From an uncultured Pelagibacteraceae bacterium (lineage in GTDB: Bacteria; Pseudomonadota; Alphaproteobacteria; Pelagibacterales; Pelagibacteraceae), in NCBI GenBank assembly GCA_902597865.1, contig CACJZL010000003.1, forward strand, positions 12,934-76,933: a stretch of 64,000 nt of DNA. The letters are read 5' to 3'. Position numbers and translations under genes: made by a program. Below are positions 1 through 12,673 of this stretch, piece after piece (positions within the stretch are counted from its first letter, which is position 1; each line of letters starts with the position of its first letter). A model generated the notes under the pieces. It did not search any database. It was not told the DNA's origin and saw only the letters and a list, made by a program, of their open reading frames with translations.

Positions 1-228
1 GGCCTGAGCTCTAATGAAGTCGTATATTAAGTGAGATTGGACTGGTGAACCACCTGGAGAATTAATCGATATAGCAACAGCTAGAGATTTTTTTATAGAA
101 AATGCTTTTTTTATTAATTCCTCTTGGCCAGCAAAATCAATTCCTTGCTTAAATCTTCCAGCGTTTCCTATAACACCAGTCAATCTTAAGTGGGGAACGA
201 TTTTTTTTTTTTTGAAAAAAGATAACAT
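1..228 (-). CDS. S49 family peptidase (SppA/SohB-like), N-terminal part, truncated by window edge
   Basis: Manual translation from ATG at 228: MLSFFKKKKIVPHLRLTGVIGNAGRFKQGIDF...AVAISINSPGGSPVQSHLIYDFIRAQA; INSPGGS is the S49 motif. Not in ORF track. Confidence 0.88.
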   Translation of the reverse strand, partial: MLSFFKKKKIVPHLRLTGVIGNAGRFKQGIDFAGQEELIKKAFSIKKSLAVAISINSPGGSPVQSHLIYDFIRAQA

Positions 229-339
229 GAACTATGCTTACAGAATTTTTAGATTAATATAAAGTCTACTAATAGTTGAAGTTTTAGGTGCGTCAATTGA
301 TAAGTATAAAATATCTCCAATTATATTAGTTTCTTAACA

Positions 340-1353
340 ATGGGTTCAGTAATTCAATTAAAAAATAAAGTTAATAACGCTTATCTGGATTTAAAAAATT
401 CAGTCGATGATAAAATTATTTTAGTAGAAGAAAAGATAAAGAATAAACTTATAAGTGATGTGTCTTTAGTAGAAAAGATGACTAGTTATAATTTAGAAAC
501 TGGTGGAAAAAAATTAAGAGCCATGTTGACTTTAAGTAGTTCAAAACTATGTGGGTACTTAAAAGGTGGTCGAGATATAAACTTAGCTGCATGCGTAGAA
601 TTAATTCACGCTGCAACATTAATGCACGATGATGTTCTCGATAACGGAGAGATCAGAAGAGGCAAAAAAACAATAAATTCCATTTGGGGAAATCACGCAT
701 CAATCTTAGTCGGTGATTATCTTTTAAGTAGATGTTTTGAAATGATGGTTGAAGATGGAAATTTAGAGGTTTTAAGATTATTATCAGCAACTTCTGCAAA
801 AATAGCTCAAGGTGAAGTTTTGCAACTTCAAAACAAGTCAGAAATAGATACAGTCGAAGAGATATACTTAAAGATTATCACCTCCAAAACTGCGGCGCTA
901 TTTTCTGCTGCATGCAAGGTTGGAGCGATTTTGGGTAATAAAGATGAAAAGGTAAAAGAAGCATTATCTTCTTATGGAAAAAATCTTGGAGTAACTTTTC
1001 AGATAGCCGATGATACATTAGATTATAATTCTGATCTGAAAAAATTTGGAAAAACAATTGGAAAAGATTTTTATGAGGGTAAAATCACTTTGCCTATAAT
1101 TATTTTAAATCAGCAATGTAAAAGTGGTGAGAGAGATGTGCTTAAAGAATTTTTTTCTAAAAGAGAAAGAACTGAAAACGACCTAAAGTACACATTAGAT
1201 ATCATAAAAAAATATGACATTATTAAACAATGTTACAAAAAAGCTGATCATTTTATCTCTTTAGCATCTAGCTCTTTAAATGTCTTTGAAAGTTCTGAGC
1301 AAAAAAATATTCTGAAAAATTTGACATCTTTTAGTATTGAAAGATCTTTTTAA
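340..1353 (+). CDS. ispB: Long-chain polyprenyl diphosphate synthase
   Basis: GGKKLR, ELIHAATLMHDDVLD..RRG and FQIADDTLD (two DDxxD motifs), GKDFYEGKITLP. Confidence 0.9.
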   Translation: MGSVIQLKNKVNNAYLDLKNSVDDKIILVEEKIKNKLISDVSLVEKMTSYNLETGGKKLRAMLTLSSSKLCGYLKGGRDINLAACVELIHAATLMHDDVLDNGEIRRGKKTINSIWGNHASILVGDYLLSRCFEMMVEDGNLEVLRLLSATSAKIAQGEVLQLQNKSEIDTVEEIYLKIITSKTAALFSAACKVGAILGNKDEKVKEALSSYGKNLGVTFQIADDTLDYNSDLKKFGKTIGKDFYEGKITLPIIILNQQCKSGERDVLKEFFSKRERTENDLKYTLDIIKKYDIIKQCYKKADHFISLASSSLNVFESSEQKNILKNLTSFSIERSF

Positions 1354-1976
1354 GGATTTAATAAAAATCTTTTCCACCCTTTTCCATTTTTCTTAACGTA
1401 TTTCAATCTTTCATGAATTCTATTATCTCCATCACGCCAAAACTCAATTTCTTCAGGTACCAATCTCCATCCAGACCAATTGGGTGGTCTTGGAACTTTT
1501 TTTTCATCATGAAACTTTTTTTTGAATTTTTCAATTGAGTCATCAAGTGACTTTCTGCTTTCTAAAACTTCACTTTGATTTGAGGCCCACGCTCCTATTC
1601 TACTCCCATATGCTCTTGAATTATAATATTCATCAGCTTCTTTGTCAGAAACTTGAACAACATTACCGTAAATCCTTATTTGTCTTAAAAGACTTTTCCA
1701 ATGAAAACACATTGATGCTTTAGGATTTTCTTTAAGATCCTTGCCTTTAGAACTATTGAAGTTTGTGTAAAAAGTAAAACCATCATCACTAAAGCCTTTT
1801 AATAGAACCATTCTCACTTTAGGTCTCCCGCTTTTGTCAGCTGTTGCTAATGATAATGCATTTGGATCATTAGGTTCGGTGGTTTTAGCCTTTTTAAACC
1901 ATTCTTTGAAGAGATTTACTGGGTTATCCTCATCTTTAAAACAAATATCAAGTCCAAGTGAATTTTTTTCATTCAT
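1350..1976 (-). CDS. pdxH: Pyridoxamine 5'-phosphate oxidase
   Basis: RMVLLK, FYTN..S.KG, RQIRI.G, SRIGAWASNQS, EFW....R.HER. Start moved to MNEKN (1976) to avoid overlap with divergent aroC. Confidence 0.93.
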   Translation of the reverse strand: MNEKNSLGLDICFKDEDNPVNLFKEWFKKAKTTEPNDPNALSLATADKSGRPKVRMVLLKGFSDDGFTFYTNFNSSKGKDLKENPKASMCFHWKSLLRQIRIYGNVVQVSDKEADEYYNSRAYGSRIGAWASNQSEVLESRKSLDDSIEKFKKKFHDEKKVPRPPNWSGWRLVPEEIEFWRDGDNRIHERLKYVKKNGKGWKRFLLNP

Positions 1977-1996
1977 AATTTTAACAAAATAATTTA

Positions 1997-2002
1997 TATA
2001 AT
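1997..2002 (+). promoter_or_regulatory. Putative -10 element (TATAAT) 6 nt before the aroC ATG; candidate leaderless promoter
   Basis: TATAAT-agaata-ATG; no SD in the 32-nt divergent gap. Confidence 0.45.
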
Positions 2003-2008
2003 AGAATA

Positions 2009-3094
2009 ATGTCATTTAATACATTTGGAAAGTTATTTCGTTTCACTACTTGGGGTGAGTCTCATGGACCAGCTATTGGATGTGTAGTTGATGGATGTCC
2101 TCCGAGAATAAAAGTATCTGAAAATGACATACAAAAAGAACTAAATAAGAGAAAACCTGGTCAATCTAAATTTACTACTCAAAGAAAAGAAGATGATAAA
2201 GTTGAAATCTTGTCAGGAGTATTTAATGGTGAGACAACTGGTACACCAATATTAATGATTATTTTCAATAAGGATATGAAATCAAGAGACTATGAGACTA
2301 TCAAAAACAAATTTCGTCCTGGACACGCTGATCTAACTTATTTTAAGAAATATGGCATTAGGGACTTCAGAGGAGGTGGTAGGCAATCAGCGAGAGAGAC
2401 TGCAGCTAGAGTAGCTGCGGGTGCAATTGCAAAAAAAGTTTTAGAAAAAAAAATCGGGAAAAAATATTATGTTAAAGGTGCGGTTATCCAACTTGGAATT
2501 TTGGGTTGCGATGTATCTGCATGGAACAATAAATTTATAGAAAAAAATCCGTTTTTCTGTCCTGATAAAAAAGTTTTAAAATTGTGGGAAAAATATTTAT
2601 TAGCAATTAGAAAGTCTGGATCATCTTGTGGTGCAGTCATAGAATTAAGAGCTAACGGGGTGCCATCTGGCCTGGGCGCGCCTATTTACTCAAAATTAGA
2701 TATGGATTTAGCTTCAGCTATGATGAGTATCAATGCTGTAAAAGGAGTTAATATTGGAACTGGAATGGATGTTGCACAATTAACAGGTGAGCAGAATTCT
2801 GATGAGATAAGACAAAAAGGGAATAAAACAGTTTTCAAATCTAACAATGCGGGGGGAATTCTTGGTGGTATTTCAAGCGGTCAACAAATAAAAGTATCTT
2901 TTGCAGTGAAACCTACATCTTCCATACTTAATTCAAGAAAAACTATTGATAAATTTGGAAAAAATACAAGTATTTCAGTGCGAGGTCGTCATGATCCTTG
3001 TGTTGGAATTAGAGCAGTCCCCATAGGTGAAGCGATGATGCATTGTGTTTTATTGGATCATTTTTTAATGCACAAAGCCCAGTGTGAATCTTAA
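2009..3094 (+). CDS. aroC: Chorismate synthase
   Basis: [56 protein letters not shown]. Confidence 0.98.
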   Translation: MSFNTFGKLFRFTTWGESHGPAIGCVVDGCPPRIKVSENDIQKELNKRKPGQSKFTTQRKEDDKVEILSGVFNGETTGTPILMIIFNKDMKSRDYETIKNKFRPGHADLTYFKKYGIRDFRGGGRQSARETAARVAAGAIAKKVLEKKIGKKYYVKGAVIQLGILGCDVSAWNNKFIEKNPFFCPDKKVLKLWEKYLLAIRKSGSSCGAVIELRANGVPSGLGAPIYSKLDMDLASAMMSINAVKGVNIGTGMDVAQLTGEQNSDEIRQKGNKTVFKSNNAGGILGGISSGQQIKVSFAVKPTSSILNSRKTIDKFGKNTSISVRGRHDPCVGIRAVPIGEAMMHCVLLDHFLMHKAQCES

Positions 3095-4998
3095 TTTTTT
3101 TTCTGAACAACAACTTTAGAGTCTAAAACTTCATAAACTTTTTCTTCAATAGCTTTGCTATTCAAGCCAGCAATCTGATACATAAGATCAGGTTTATCCT
3201 GATCAATAAAGTTGTCAGGAAAAGTCATCGACCTAAACTTAATTTTTTCTAATAAGCCTTTTTCTGATAAAAATTTACTTAAATGAGATCCAAACCCTCC
3301 AATTGATCCCTCTTCAATTGAAATAATAATTTCATGATTTTTTGCTGTGTTCCACATTAAATTTTCATCTAAAGGTTTACAAAATCTTGCATCAATTAAA
3401 GTAAGATTTAAACCTTTTTTTTCTAGATTGTTTAACGCTTTTTGACATTCTTGCAAACGAGCACCAAAATTAATTAAAGCAATCTCTTTACCTTCTTTAA
3501 TAACCCTGCCTTTACCAATTTCAATTTTTTCATTAATTTCAGGAAGTTTAATACCAATACCACTTCCACGGGGATATCTAAAAGCTGAAGGTTTGTCATT
3601 TATATCAACTGAGGTGTTGATCATTTTCACTAATTCCGACTCGTCGCTTGGTGCCATGACAACAAAATTAGGTAAAGTTGATAGATAAGTTATATCAAAA
3701 GATCCAGCATGTGTAGGACCATCTGCACCAACAAGACCTGCACGATCTATAGCAAATCTGACTGGTAAACTTTGAATTGCAACATCATGTACTACTTGAT
3801 CATAAGCTCTTTGTAAAAAGGTAGAGTAAATTGCTGCGTAAGGCTTATATCCTTCTGTAGCTAAACCAGCAGAAAATGTCACTGCGTGTTGCTCTGCAAT
3901 ACCGACATCAAACATTCTGTTCGGAAACTTTTTTGCAAATAAATCCATTCCAGTGCCAGATGGCATTGCAGCAGTGATACCAATTATTTTGCTATCTCTT
4001 TCAGCATGTTTAATTAATGTGTTTGCAAAAACACTAGTATATGACGGGATTTTAGAACTTGATTTCTCTTGTACTCCAGTTTGTATATTAAATTTTGAAA
4101 CGCCGTGGTATTTATCTTTTGATTTTTCTGCAAATTGATAACCTTTTCCTTTTTCAGTCTTAATATGTATCATTATTGGACCTTCAAAATTAGTATCTTT
4201 TGCATTTTTTAAAACTGATACAAGCGTATCTATGTCATGTCCATCTATTGGTCCAACATAATAAAAACCTAATGAATTAAAAAGTGTTCCACCTGTTACT
4301 GCTGACCTCAAGAAATCCTCTGCTTTTCCCGCCTTTTTTGAAAACCTTTTTGAAAAAGCAGAAATAATTAATTTAAATGTTTCTCTTAAACTAAAATATA
4401 TTTTTCCGGTCAATAATTTTGCTAAATAACTTCTCATTGCTCCTACAGGTTCTGCAATTGACATATCGTTATCATTTAAAATTACTATCATCTTAGTTTT
4501 CGATGAACCTGCATTGTTCATTGCCTCATAGGCCATTCCAGCACTGATCGCTCCATCACCAATTACAGCAACAACATTTTCTGATTTTTTTGAAAGTTTA
4601 TTTGCAGTAGCAATACCCAAAGCTGCAGAAATTGATGTTGAGCTATGTGCTGCACCGAATGGATCATATTCACTTTCAGATCTTTTTGTGAAACCAGATA
4701 ATCCATTTCCTTGTCTTAATGTTTTAATCCTATTTTTACGTCCTGTTAAAATTTTGTGTGGATACGATTGATGACCTACATCCCAAACTATTTTATCATT
4801 TGGTGTATCGAAAACATAATGCAAGGCTACAGTCAACTCGACAACACCCAATCCTGCACCTAAATGACCACCTGTAAATGAAACAGCCTCTATCAATTCT
4901 TCTCTTAACTCCTTTGACAAAGTAATCAATTCAGAGGACTTAAGATTTTTAATATCTGATGGAAAATTTACATTATCTAAAAATTTATATTTTGTCAT
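3091..4998 (-). CDS. dxs: 1-deoxy-D-xylulose-5-phosphate synthase
   Basis: [33 protein letters not shown]...[32 protein letters not shown]. Confidence 0.98.
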   Translation of the reverse strand: MTKYKFLDNVNFPSDIKNLKSSELITLSKELREELIEAVSFTGGHLGAGLGVVELTVALHYVFDTPNDKIVWDVGHQSYPHKILTGRKNRIKTLRQGNGLSGFTKRSESEYDPFGAAHSSTSISAALGIATANKLSKKSENVVAVIGDGAISAGMAYEAMNNAGSSKTKMIVILNDNDMSIAEPVGAMRSYLAKLLTGKIYFSLRETFKLIISAFSKRFSKKAGKAEDFLRSAVTGGTLFNSLGFYYVGPIDGHDIDTLVSVLKNAKDTNFEGPIMIHIKTEKGKGYQFAEKSKDKYHGVSKFNIQTGVQEKSSSKIPSYTSVFANTLIKHAERDSKIIGITAAMPSGTGMDLFAKKFPNRMFDVGIAEQHAVTFSAGLATEGYKPYAAIYSTFLQRAYDQVVHDVAIQSLPVRFAIDRAGLVGADGPTHAGSFDITYLSTLPNFVVMAPSDESELVKMINTSVDINDKPSAFRYPRGSGIGIKLPEINEKIEIGKGRVIKEGKEIALINFGARLQECQKALNNLEKKGLNLTLIDARFCKPLDENLMWNTAKNHEIIISIEEGSIGGFGSHLSKFLSEKGLLEKIKFRSMTFPDNFIDQDKPDLMYQIAGLNSKAIEEKVYEVLDSKVVVQKKN

Positions 4999-5858
4999 TT
5001 TTTTCTATCTACTACAAACTCTACAGTTTCAATCAAATCTTTATTTTTATACTTACTTAAAGAAGAAATTATTTTATTTTTTAAATAAGAGGAATATTTA
5101 ACAGCATTTTTATACCCGAGTAAACTTATTAAAGTCGCCTTGCCCTTTTTTTTGTCTTTTCCAGTTTTTTTTCCAATCTTTTTCTCACTTCCACTGTAAT
5201 CTAGAAAATCATCAACAATTTGAAACAAAAGTCCAATATCTAAACCTATTTTTTTAAATTGATTTATCTTCCCAAACTTATTGGCAATAATCAACGGCGC
5301 TATAGTGGAAAATGAAAAAAGTTTACCAGTTTTATTAAGCTGCATATCTATAATTTTTCTTTTACTTACTCTTTTTTTTTCAAAATTAAGATCTAAATAT
5401 TGGCCCCCTGCAATTCCTAAATGGCCAGAAGTGTTTGAGAGTAAATTTATTAATTTACTTTTTTTATTTTCACTAATCTTAAAGCTTTTTTCGCTTAAAA
5501 TTTCAAAGGCTAAGGTAAGCAGTGAATTACCGGCGAGCACTGCTGTTGCTTCACCAAATTTTTTGTGCGTGCTTAACTTTCCTCTTCTTAAATCATCGTT
5601 ATCCATACATGGCAAATCATCGTGTATAAGTGAATATGCATGAATACATTCCACTGCAGCTCCTACTCTTACTAAGTGATAATAAGGAACTGAAAAAATT
5701 TTTCCTACATCAACAATAATCTTTGATCTTATTTTTTTTCCACCAGGAAATAAACCATAATTCATTGAAGTGATTAATTCAGTTCTTCTCTGTTTTTTTA
5801 AAAAATTCTTGAGAAATTTATTTATATCTTTTCCTATTCTATTTAGTTTTTTTTCCAT
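4995..5858 (-). CDS. ispA: Farnesyl diphosphate synthase (geranyltranstransferase)
   Basis: [46 protein letters not shown]; xseB-ispA-dxs synteny. Confidence 0.95.
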   Translation of the reverse strand: MEKKLNRIGKDINKFLKNFLKKQRRTELITSMNYGLFPGGKKIRSKIIVDVGKIFSVPYYHLVRVGAAVECIHAYSLIHDDLPCMDNDDLRRGKLSTHKKFGEATAVLAGNSLLTLAFEILSEKSFKISENKKSKLINLLSNTSGHLGIAGGQYLDLNFEKKRVSKRKIIDMQLNKTGKLFSFSTIAPLIIANKFGKINQFKKIGLDIGLLFQIVDDFLDYSGSEKKIGKKTGKDKKKGKATLISLLGYKNAVKYSSYLKNKIISSLSKYKNKDLIETVEFVVDRKK

Positions 5859-6090
5859 CTTTTTTTAGAATTTGTTTTATTTTAAATTTGTTTTTCTCAG
5901 ATATTTCTCTTGAAGTATTTTGAAACTTTTTTTCAATAAATTTATTTAATTTAAATATTTCAAGATAATCCTCTTCAGATTGATTTGAAGCTTTATTTTT
6001 TTCAATTTTTTCAACCAAATTATTAAGAATTTCTTTAAGTTCATCTAAAGATTTAGACTCAATATCATCTGGTAAATTTTTTTGTTTCAT
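5839..6090 (-). CDS. xseB: Divergent exodeoxyribonuclease VII small subunit-like protein
   Basis: 83 aa helical protein at the conserved position upstream of ispA-dxs; SLDELKEILNNLVEKIE resembles XseB SFEEAL.ELE.IV..LE. Similarity is weak. Confidence 0.55.
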   Translation of the reverse strand: MKQKNLPDDIESKSLDELKEILNNLVEKIEKNKASNQSEEDYLEIFKLNKFIEKKFQNTSREISEKNKFKIKQILKKDGKKTK

Positions 6091-6110
6091 ATATTAGTTT
6101 GTATTATTAC

Positions 6111-7043
6111 ATGAATTATAATCTTTCAAATATTAAAAAAGCTAAATATTATTTAGATAAAAATGAATGTATTGGGTTCCCGACAGAAACCGTTTATGGT
6201 TTGGCGGCTAATGCTTATTCAAAAAAGGCTACCTTAAAAATATTCAAACTTAAGAAAAGAAATAAAAGAAATCCACTGATAGTGCATTATTGTAGCTTAA
6301 AAATGCTTAATAATGACTGTATGATTAATGAAGAATTTTTAAAATTATATAAAAAATATTGTCCAGGACCTATTACATTTGTTTTAAAACTAAAAAAAAA
6401 TAGTAGCATTTCAAAAATCGTAACTAATAATAAAAAAACACTAGCTGTTAGATTTCCCAGTCATCATCTGGCTATTAAACTTTTAAAAATATTGAAATAT
6501 CCTCTAGCGGCACCAAGTGCAAACATATCCTCAAAAATAAGTCCGGTAACAAAAGAAGATGTAAAGGATGAATTTGGAGAAAGAATTAAATTTATTCTTG
6601 ACGGTGGTAGATCTAAAATCGGATTAGAGTCCACCATAGTTAGTTTGTTAGGAAAGCCAAAAATATTAAGGCTGGGAGGAATTGAAAGAAAAAAAATTAT
6701 TAAAATTTTGAGAAAAAAAATCCTGTATAAAAAAAATGATAAAAAAATTGTTGTCCCAGGACAATTAAGTTTACACTATTCACCTGGAATACCTATAAGA
6801 CTAAACAAGAAAAAACCAAAAGAAAATGAAGCTTTTATTTTAATTAAAAAAAGAAAAAAAACTTCAAAGAATTATTATTATTTAAGTAAAAAAAAAGATT
6901 TAAAAGAAGCAGCAAAAAATTTGTATAAAGTTTTAAGAAATATCAAAAATAAAGATTATAAGAGTATCGCTGTAGAAAAAATCCCTAATTATGGGTTCGG
7001 AGAAGCGATCAACGAAAGACTTAAAAGGGCTTCAGCAAAGTAA
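6111..7043 (+). CDS. sua5: L-threonylcarbamoyladenylate synthase (Sua5 type, with C-terminal domain)
   Basis: FPTETVYGL, K.R...NPLIVH, PGPIT, AAPSANIS, GLESTI, PGQLSLHYSP. ATG at 6111 preferred over TTG at 6099. Confidence 0.93.
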   Translation: MNYNLSNIKKAKYYLDKNECIGFPTETVYGLAANAYSKKATLKIFKLKKRNKRNPLIVHYCSLKMLNNDCMINEEFLKLYKKYCPGPITFVLKLKKNSSISKIVTNNKKTLAVRFPSHHLAIKLLKILKYPLAAPSANISSKISPVTKEDVKDEFGERIKFILDGGRSKIGLESTIVSLLGKPKILRLGGIERKKIIKILRKKILYKKNDKKIVVPGQLSLHYSPGIPIRLNKKKPKENEAFILIKKRKKTSKNYYYLSKKKDLKEAAKNLYKVLRNIKNKDYKSIAVEKIPNYGFGEAINERLKRASAK

Positions 7044-7765
7044 TGGAAAATTCAATAAAAGTAATTGATCTTAAAAAGAATTATGGAAATAAGGAAGCAG
7101 TTAAGAATATCAATTTTGAAATTAAAGAAAATGAGATAATTGGGTTACTTGGTCCTAATGGATGTGGAAAAACTACTACTATAGGAATGATTTTAGGTTT
7201 ATTAAAACCTACAAGTGGGCAAGTTTTGATTAATGGCTTTCAACTAGAAAAAAATAGAATTGAAATTCTTCAAAAGATAAATTTTATTTCTCCTTATATT
7301 GAATTACCAAAGAAACTTACAGTTAAGCAGAATCTAATTGTTTATGGAAAACTGTATTCTGTCAAAAACTTAACTAGTAGAATAGATTATTTAGTAGAAG
7401 AACTGAGATTACAAAATTTGCTTGATAGAGTGACTGGAGAATTATCTTCGGGGCAAAAAAATAGAATAAGCTTAGCTAAAGCGATTATCAACAATCCATC
7501 TGTCTTATTGCTCGATGAGCCTACAGCTTCACTTGATCCAGAAACGGGAGATTTTGTAAGAACCTTTTTAGAAAATTATAAAAAAGAAAAAAAGGTATCT
7601 ATATTATTAGCATCTCATAACATGGATGAAGTAACTAGATTGTGTTCATCAATAATGATGATGAAAAACGGTTTAATAATAGATCAAGGTAAACCAAATG
7701 ATTTAGTTAAAAAACATGGAAGACAAAATCTAGAGGAAGTTTTTTTAAAACTTGTAAGGAACTAA
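7043..7765 (+). CDS. ABC transporter ATP-binding protein (NodI/DrrA-like exporter)
   Basis: Walker A GPNGCGKTT, LSSGQ signature, Walker B LLLDEPT, SH switch. Confidence 0.92.
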   Translation: MENSIKVIDLKKNYGNKEAVKNINFEIKENEIIGLLGPNGCGKTTTIGMILGLLKPTSGQVLINGFQLEKNRIEILQKINFISPYIELPKKLTVKQNLIVYGKLYSVKNLTSRIDYLVEELRLQNLLDRVTGELSSGQKNRISLAKAIINNPSVLLLDEPTASLDPETGDFVRTFLENYKKEKKVSILLASHNMDEVTRLCSSIMMMKNGLIIDQGKPNDLVKKHGRQNLEEVFLKLVRN

Positions 7766-7766
7766 T

Positions 7767-8558
7767 ATGAATTTAGGTAGAATGTATGGATTGTTCTTAA
7801 GACACTTTTTTTTAATAACTAGGTCTTTTCCGAGAATTTTAGATCTAATATATTGGCCAACAATACAAATTACTTTATGGGGTTTCATCTCAAATTTTTT
7901 TACAACATACAGCTCGTATTATAATAATGCTGTTGGAATAATATTAACATGCGCGATACTTTATGATTTTCTATTTAGAACAAGTATCGGGTTTAACATG
8001 CTTTTTTTAGAGGAAATCTGGAGTAGAAATTTTACAAATTTATTCATCTCACCAATAAAGAAAAGTGAAATTTTGATTTCATTAATATTCACAGCTTTAG
8101 TAAGAGCTTTAATTGGTTTAGTTCCTGCAATTCTTTTAACTTCTCCCCTATTTGGAATTTCTATATTAGATTTAGGTTTAAGTTTATTTTTTTTGTTTCT
8201 TAGTCTCTACATTTTTGGAATAACGCTAGGTATACTAGTTTCTTCTGGTCTACTTAGGTTTGGCCCTTCATTTGAAAATATTGCCTGGTCAACTATGTTT
8301 CTGTTGGCTCCTTTTGGATGTATTTATTATCCTGTAGATATATTACCTGAAGTATTTCAAAAAATTGCTTATGCACTACCACTCGTATACATATTTGAGG
8401 AGGCTAGAAATATTTTAGTCAATGGATTTGTAAATGTAGAAAATATTTTTAAAGCATTTTATCTAAATGGATTATATTTATTTATCTCCATTTGCCTATT
8501 TTACTACTCTTTCAGTAAAGCCCGTAAAAAAGGAACATTAATTAATATAGGGGAATAA
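7767..8558 (+). CDS. ABC-2 type exporter permease (NodJ-like)
   Basis: About 6 hydrophobic segments, EEIWSRNFTNLFISP, YYPVDILP...LP..Y.FE..R pattern; 1 nt after the ATPase gene. Confidence 0.88.
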   Translation: MNLGRMYGLFLRHFFLITRSFPRILDLIYWPTIQITLWGFISNFFTTYSSYYNNAVGIILTCAILYDFLFRTSIGFNMLFLEEIWSRNFTNLFISPIKKSEILISLIFTALVRALIGLVPAILLTSPLFGISILDLGLSLFFLFLSLYIFGITLGILVSSGLLRFGPSFENIAWSTMFLLAPFGCIYYPVDILPEVFQKIAYALPLVYIFEEARNILVNGFVNVENIFKAFYLNGLYLFISICLFYYSFSKARKKGTLINIGE

Positions 8559-8560
8559 TT

Positions 8561-8637
8561 TGGTGCGCCTGCTAGGAGTCGAACCCAGAACCTCCTGATC
8601 CGAAGTCAGGCGCTCTATCCAGTTGAGCTACAAGCGC
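8561..8637 (-). tRNA. tRNA-Arg (anticodon TCG)
   Basis: Reverse complement GCGCTTGTAGCTCAACTGGATAGAGCGCCTGACTTCGGATCAGGAGGTTCTGGGTTCGACTCCTAGCAGGCGCACCA; 77 nt, all stems pair, anticodon arm CCTGA-CT-TCG-GA-TCAGG, encoded CCA. Confidence 0.96.
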
Positions 8638-8660
8638 ATATAGTATTAATATTATAATTT

Positions 8661-9638
8661 ATGAAAAATATCATTAAGTTTATTGTTAAGGATAATGAAA
8701 ACAATCAAAGAGTTGATTTATTTTTATCAAACAACAAAAAAGAACTCAGCAGAACTAGAGTTAAAAATTTGATTTTAAACCAAAGATTGTTGATAAATGA
8801 AAAAATTTGCACCGACCCATCAAAAAAAGTTAATGAAAATGACAATATAAAACTTGAAATACCTGAGCCACAGAAAGCTTCTTTAGAACCATTTGATTTC
8901 AAACTTAATGTCATTTATGAGGATAAAGATTTAATGGTAATAAACAAACCTGCCGGGATATCTATGCATCCTGGAGCTGGGGACTACAACAAAACATTGG
9001 TAAATGCCTTAATATTTTATGATAGTAAAAATCTTTCAACTATTGGTGATGAACTTAGACCAGGAATCGTTCATAGAATAGATAAAGATACATCTGGTTT
9101 AGTTGTGGTTGCGAAAAATAATAGAACACACGAAAAATTATCTAGTCAATTTAACGACCATACAATTAAAAGAGTTTACCAAGCTCTTGTATGGGGAAAG
9201 CTAAGGCCCCAAACTGGTAGAATTGAAACACTGATTACAAGAAGCTCAAAAAATAGACAATTAATGCAGGTTAGTCTCGCTAAAGGAAAAAAAGCAATTA
9301 CTAATTATAAAACCTTGGAAATTTTTGAAAATGAAAAAATACCAACTTTTAGTTTAATTGAGTGTAGATTGGAAACTGGTAGAACCCATCAAATTAGAGT
9401 TCACATGAGTTACAAAGGTAACAATATTTTAGGAGACAAAAAATATAAAAAAAAGTTTAAAAAATTCAGAAATATTAATGATGATTTAAATAATCTAATT
9501 CTTAAACTAGATAGACAATTCTTACATGCAAAAACTCTTGGGTTCAATCATCCCTCAAAAAATAAGGATATCGAATTTACATCAAATTTACCTCAAGATT
9601 TAAATACGCTGTTAAAAAAGCTTAGAAATTCGAAGTAA
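8661..9638 (+). CDS. rluD: RluA-family 23S rRNA pseudouridine synthase with S4 domain
   Basis: N-terminal S4 domain (RVDLFLS...SRT), NKPAG..MHPG, HRIDKDTSG catalytic motif, LETGRTHQIRVH; upstream of rpoH as in alphaproteobacteria. Confidence 0.93.
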   Translation: MKNIIKFIVKDNENNQRVDLFLSNNKKELSRTRVKNLILNQRLLINEKICTDPSKKVNENDNIKLEIPEPQKASLEPFDFKLNVIYEDKDLMVINKPAGISMHPGAGDYNKTLVNALIFYDSKNLSTIGDELRPGIVHRIDKDTSGLVVVAKNNRTHEKLSSQFNDHTIKRVYQALVWGKLRPQTGRIETLITRSSKNRQLMQVSLAKGKKAITNYKTLEIFENEKIPTFSLIECRLETGRTHQIRVHMSYKGNNILGDKKYKKKFKKFRNINDDLNNLILKLDRQFLHAKTLGFNHPSKNKDIEFTSNLPQDLNTLLKKLRNSK

Positions 9639-9686
9639 TTACAATATTGCAAAAAATTAATTATTTATTAAATACATAGTAATAAA

Positions 9687-12672
<2,986 letters not shown>

Positions 12673-12673
12673 T

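Noticed and set aside
201-213. T13 tract near the start of the S49 peptidase, and other long A/T runs, as phase-variation sites
   Set aside because: The frame is intact (poly-Lys codons) and such runs are common throughout this AT- and Lys-rich sequence.
1977-2015. Track start of pdxH overlapping aroC head-to-head
   Set aside because: The extension [13 protein letters not shown] is not PdxH-like; ATG 1976 leaves a plausible divergent promoter gap.
8540-8660. tRNA-Arg (and tRNA-fMet) as integration sites
   Set aside because: No integrase, no duplicated tRNA 3' end noticed, and the flanks are housekeeping-type genes.
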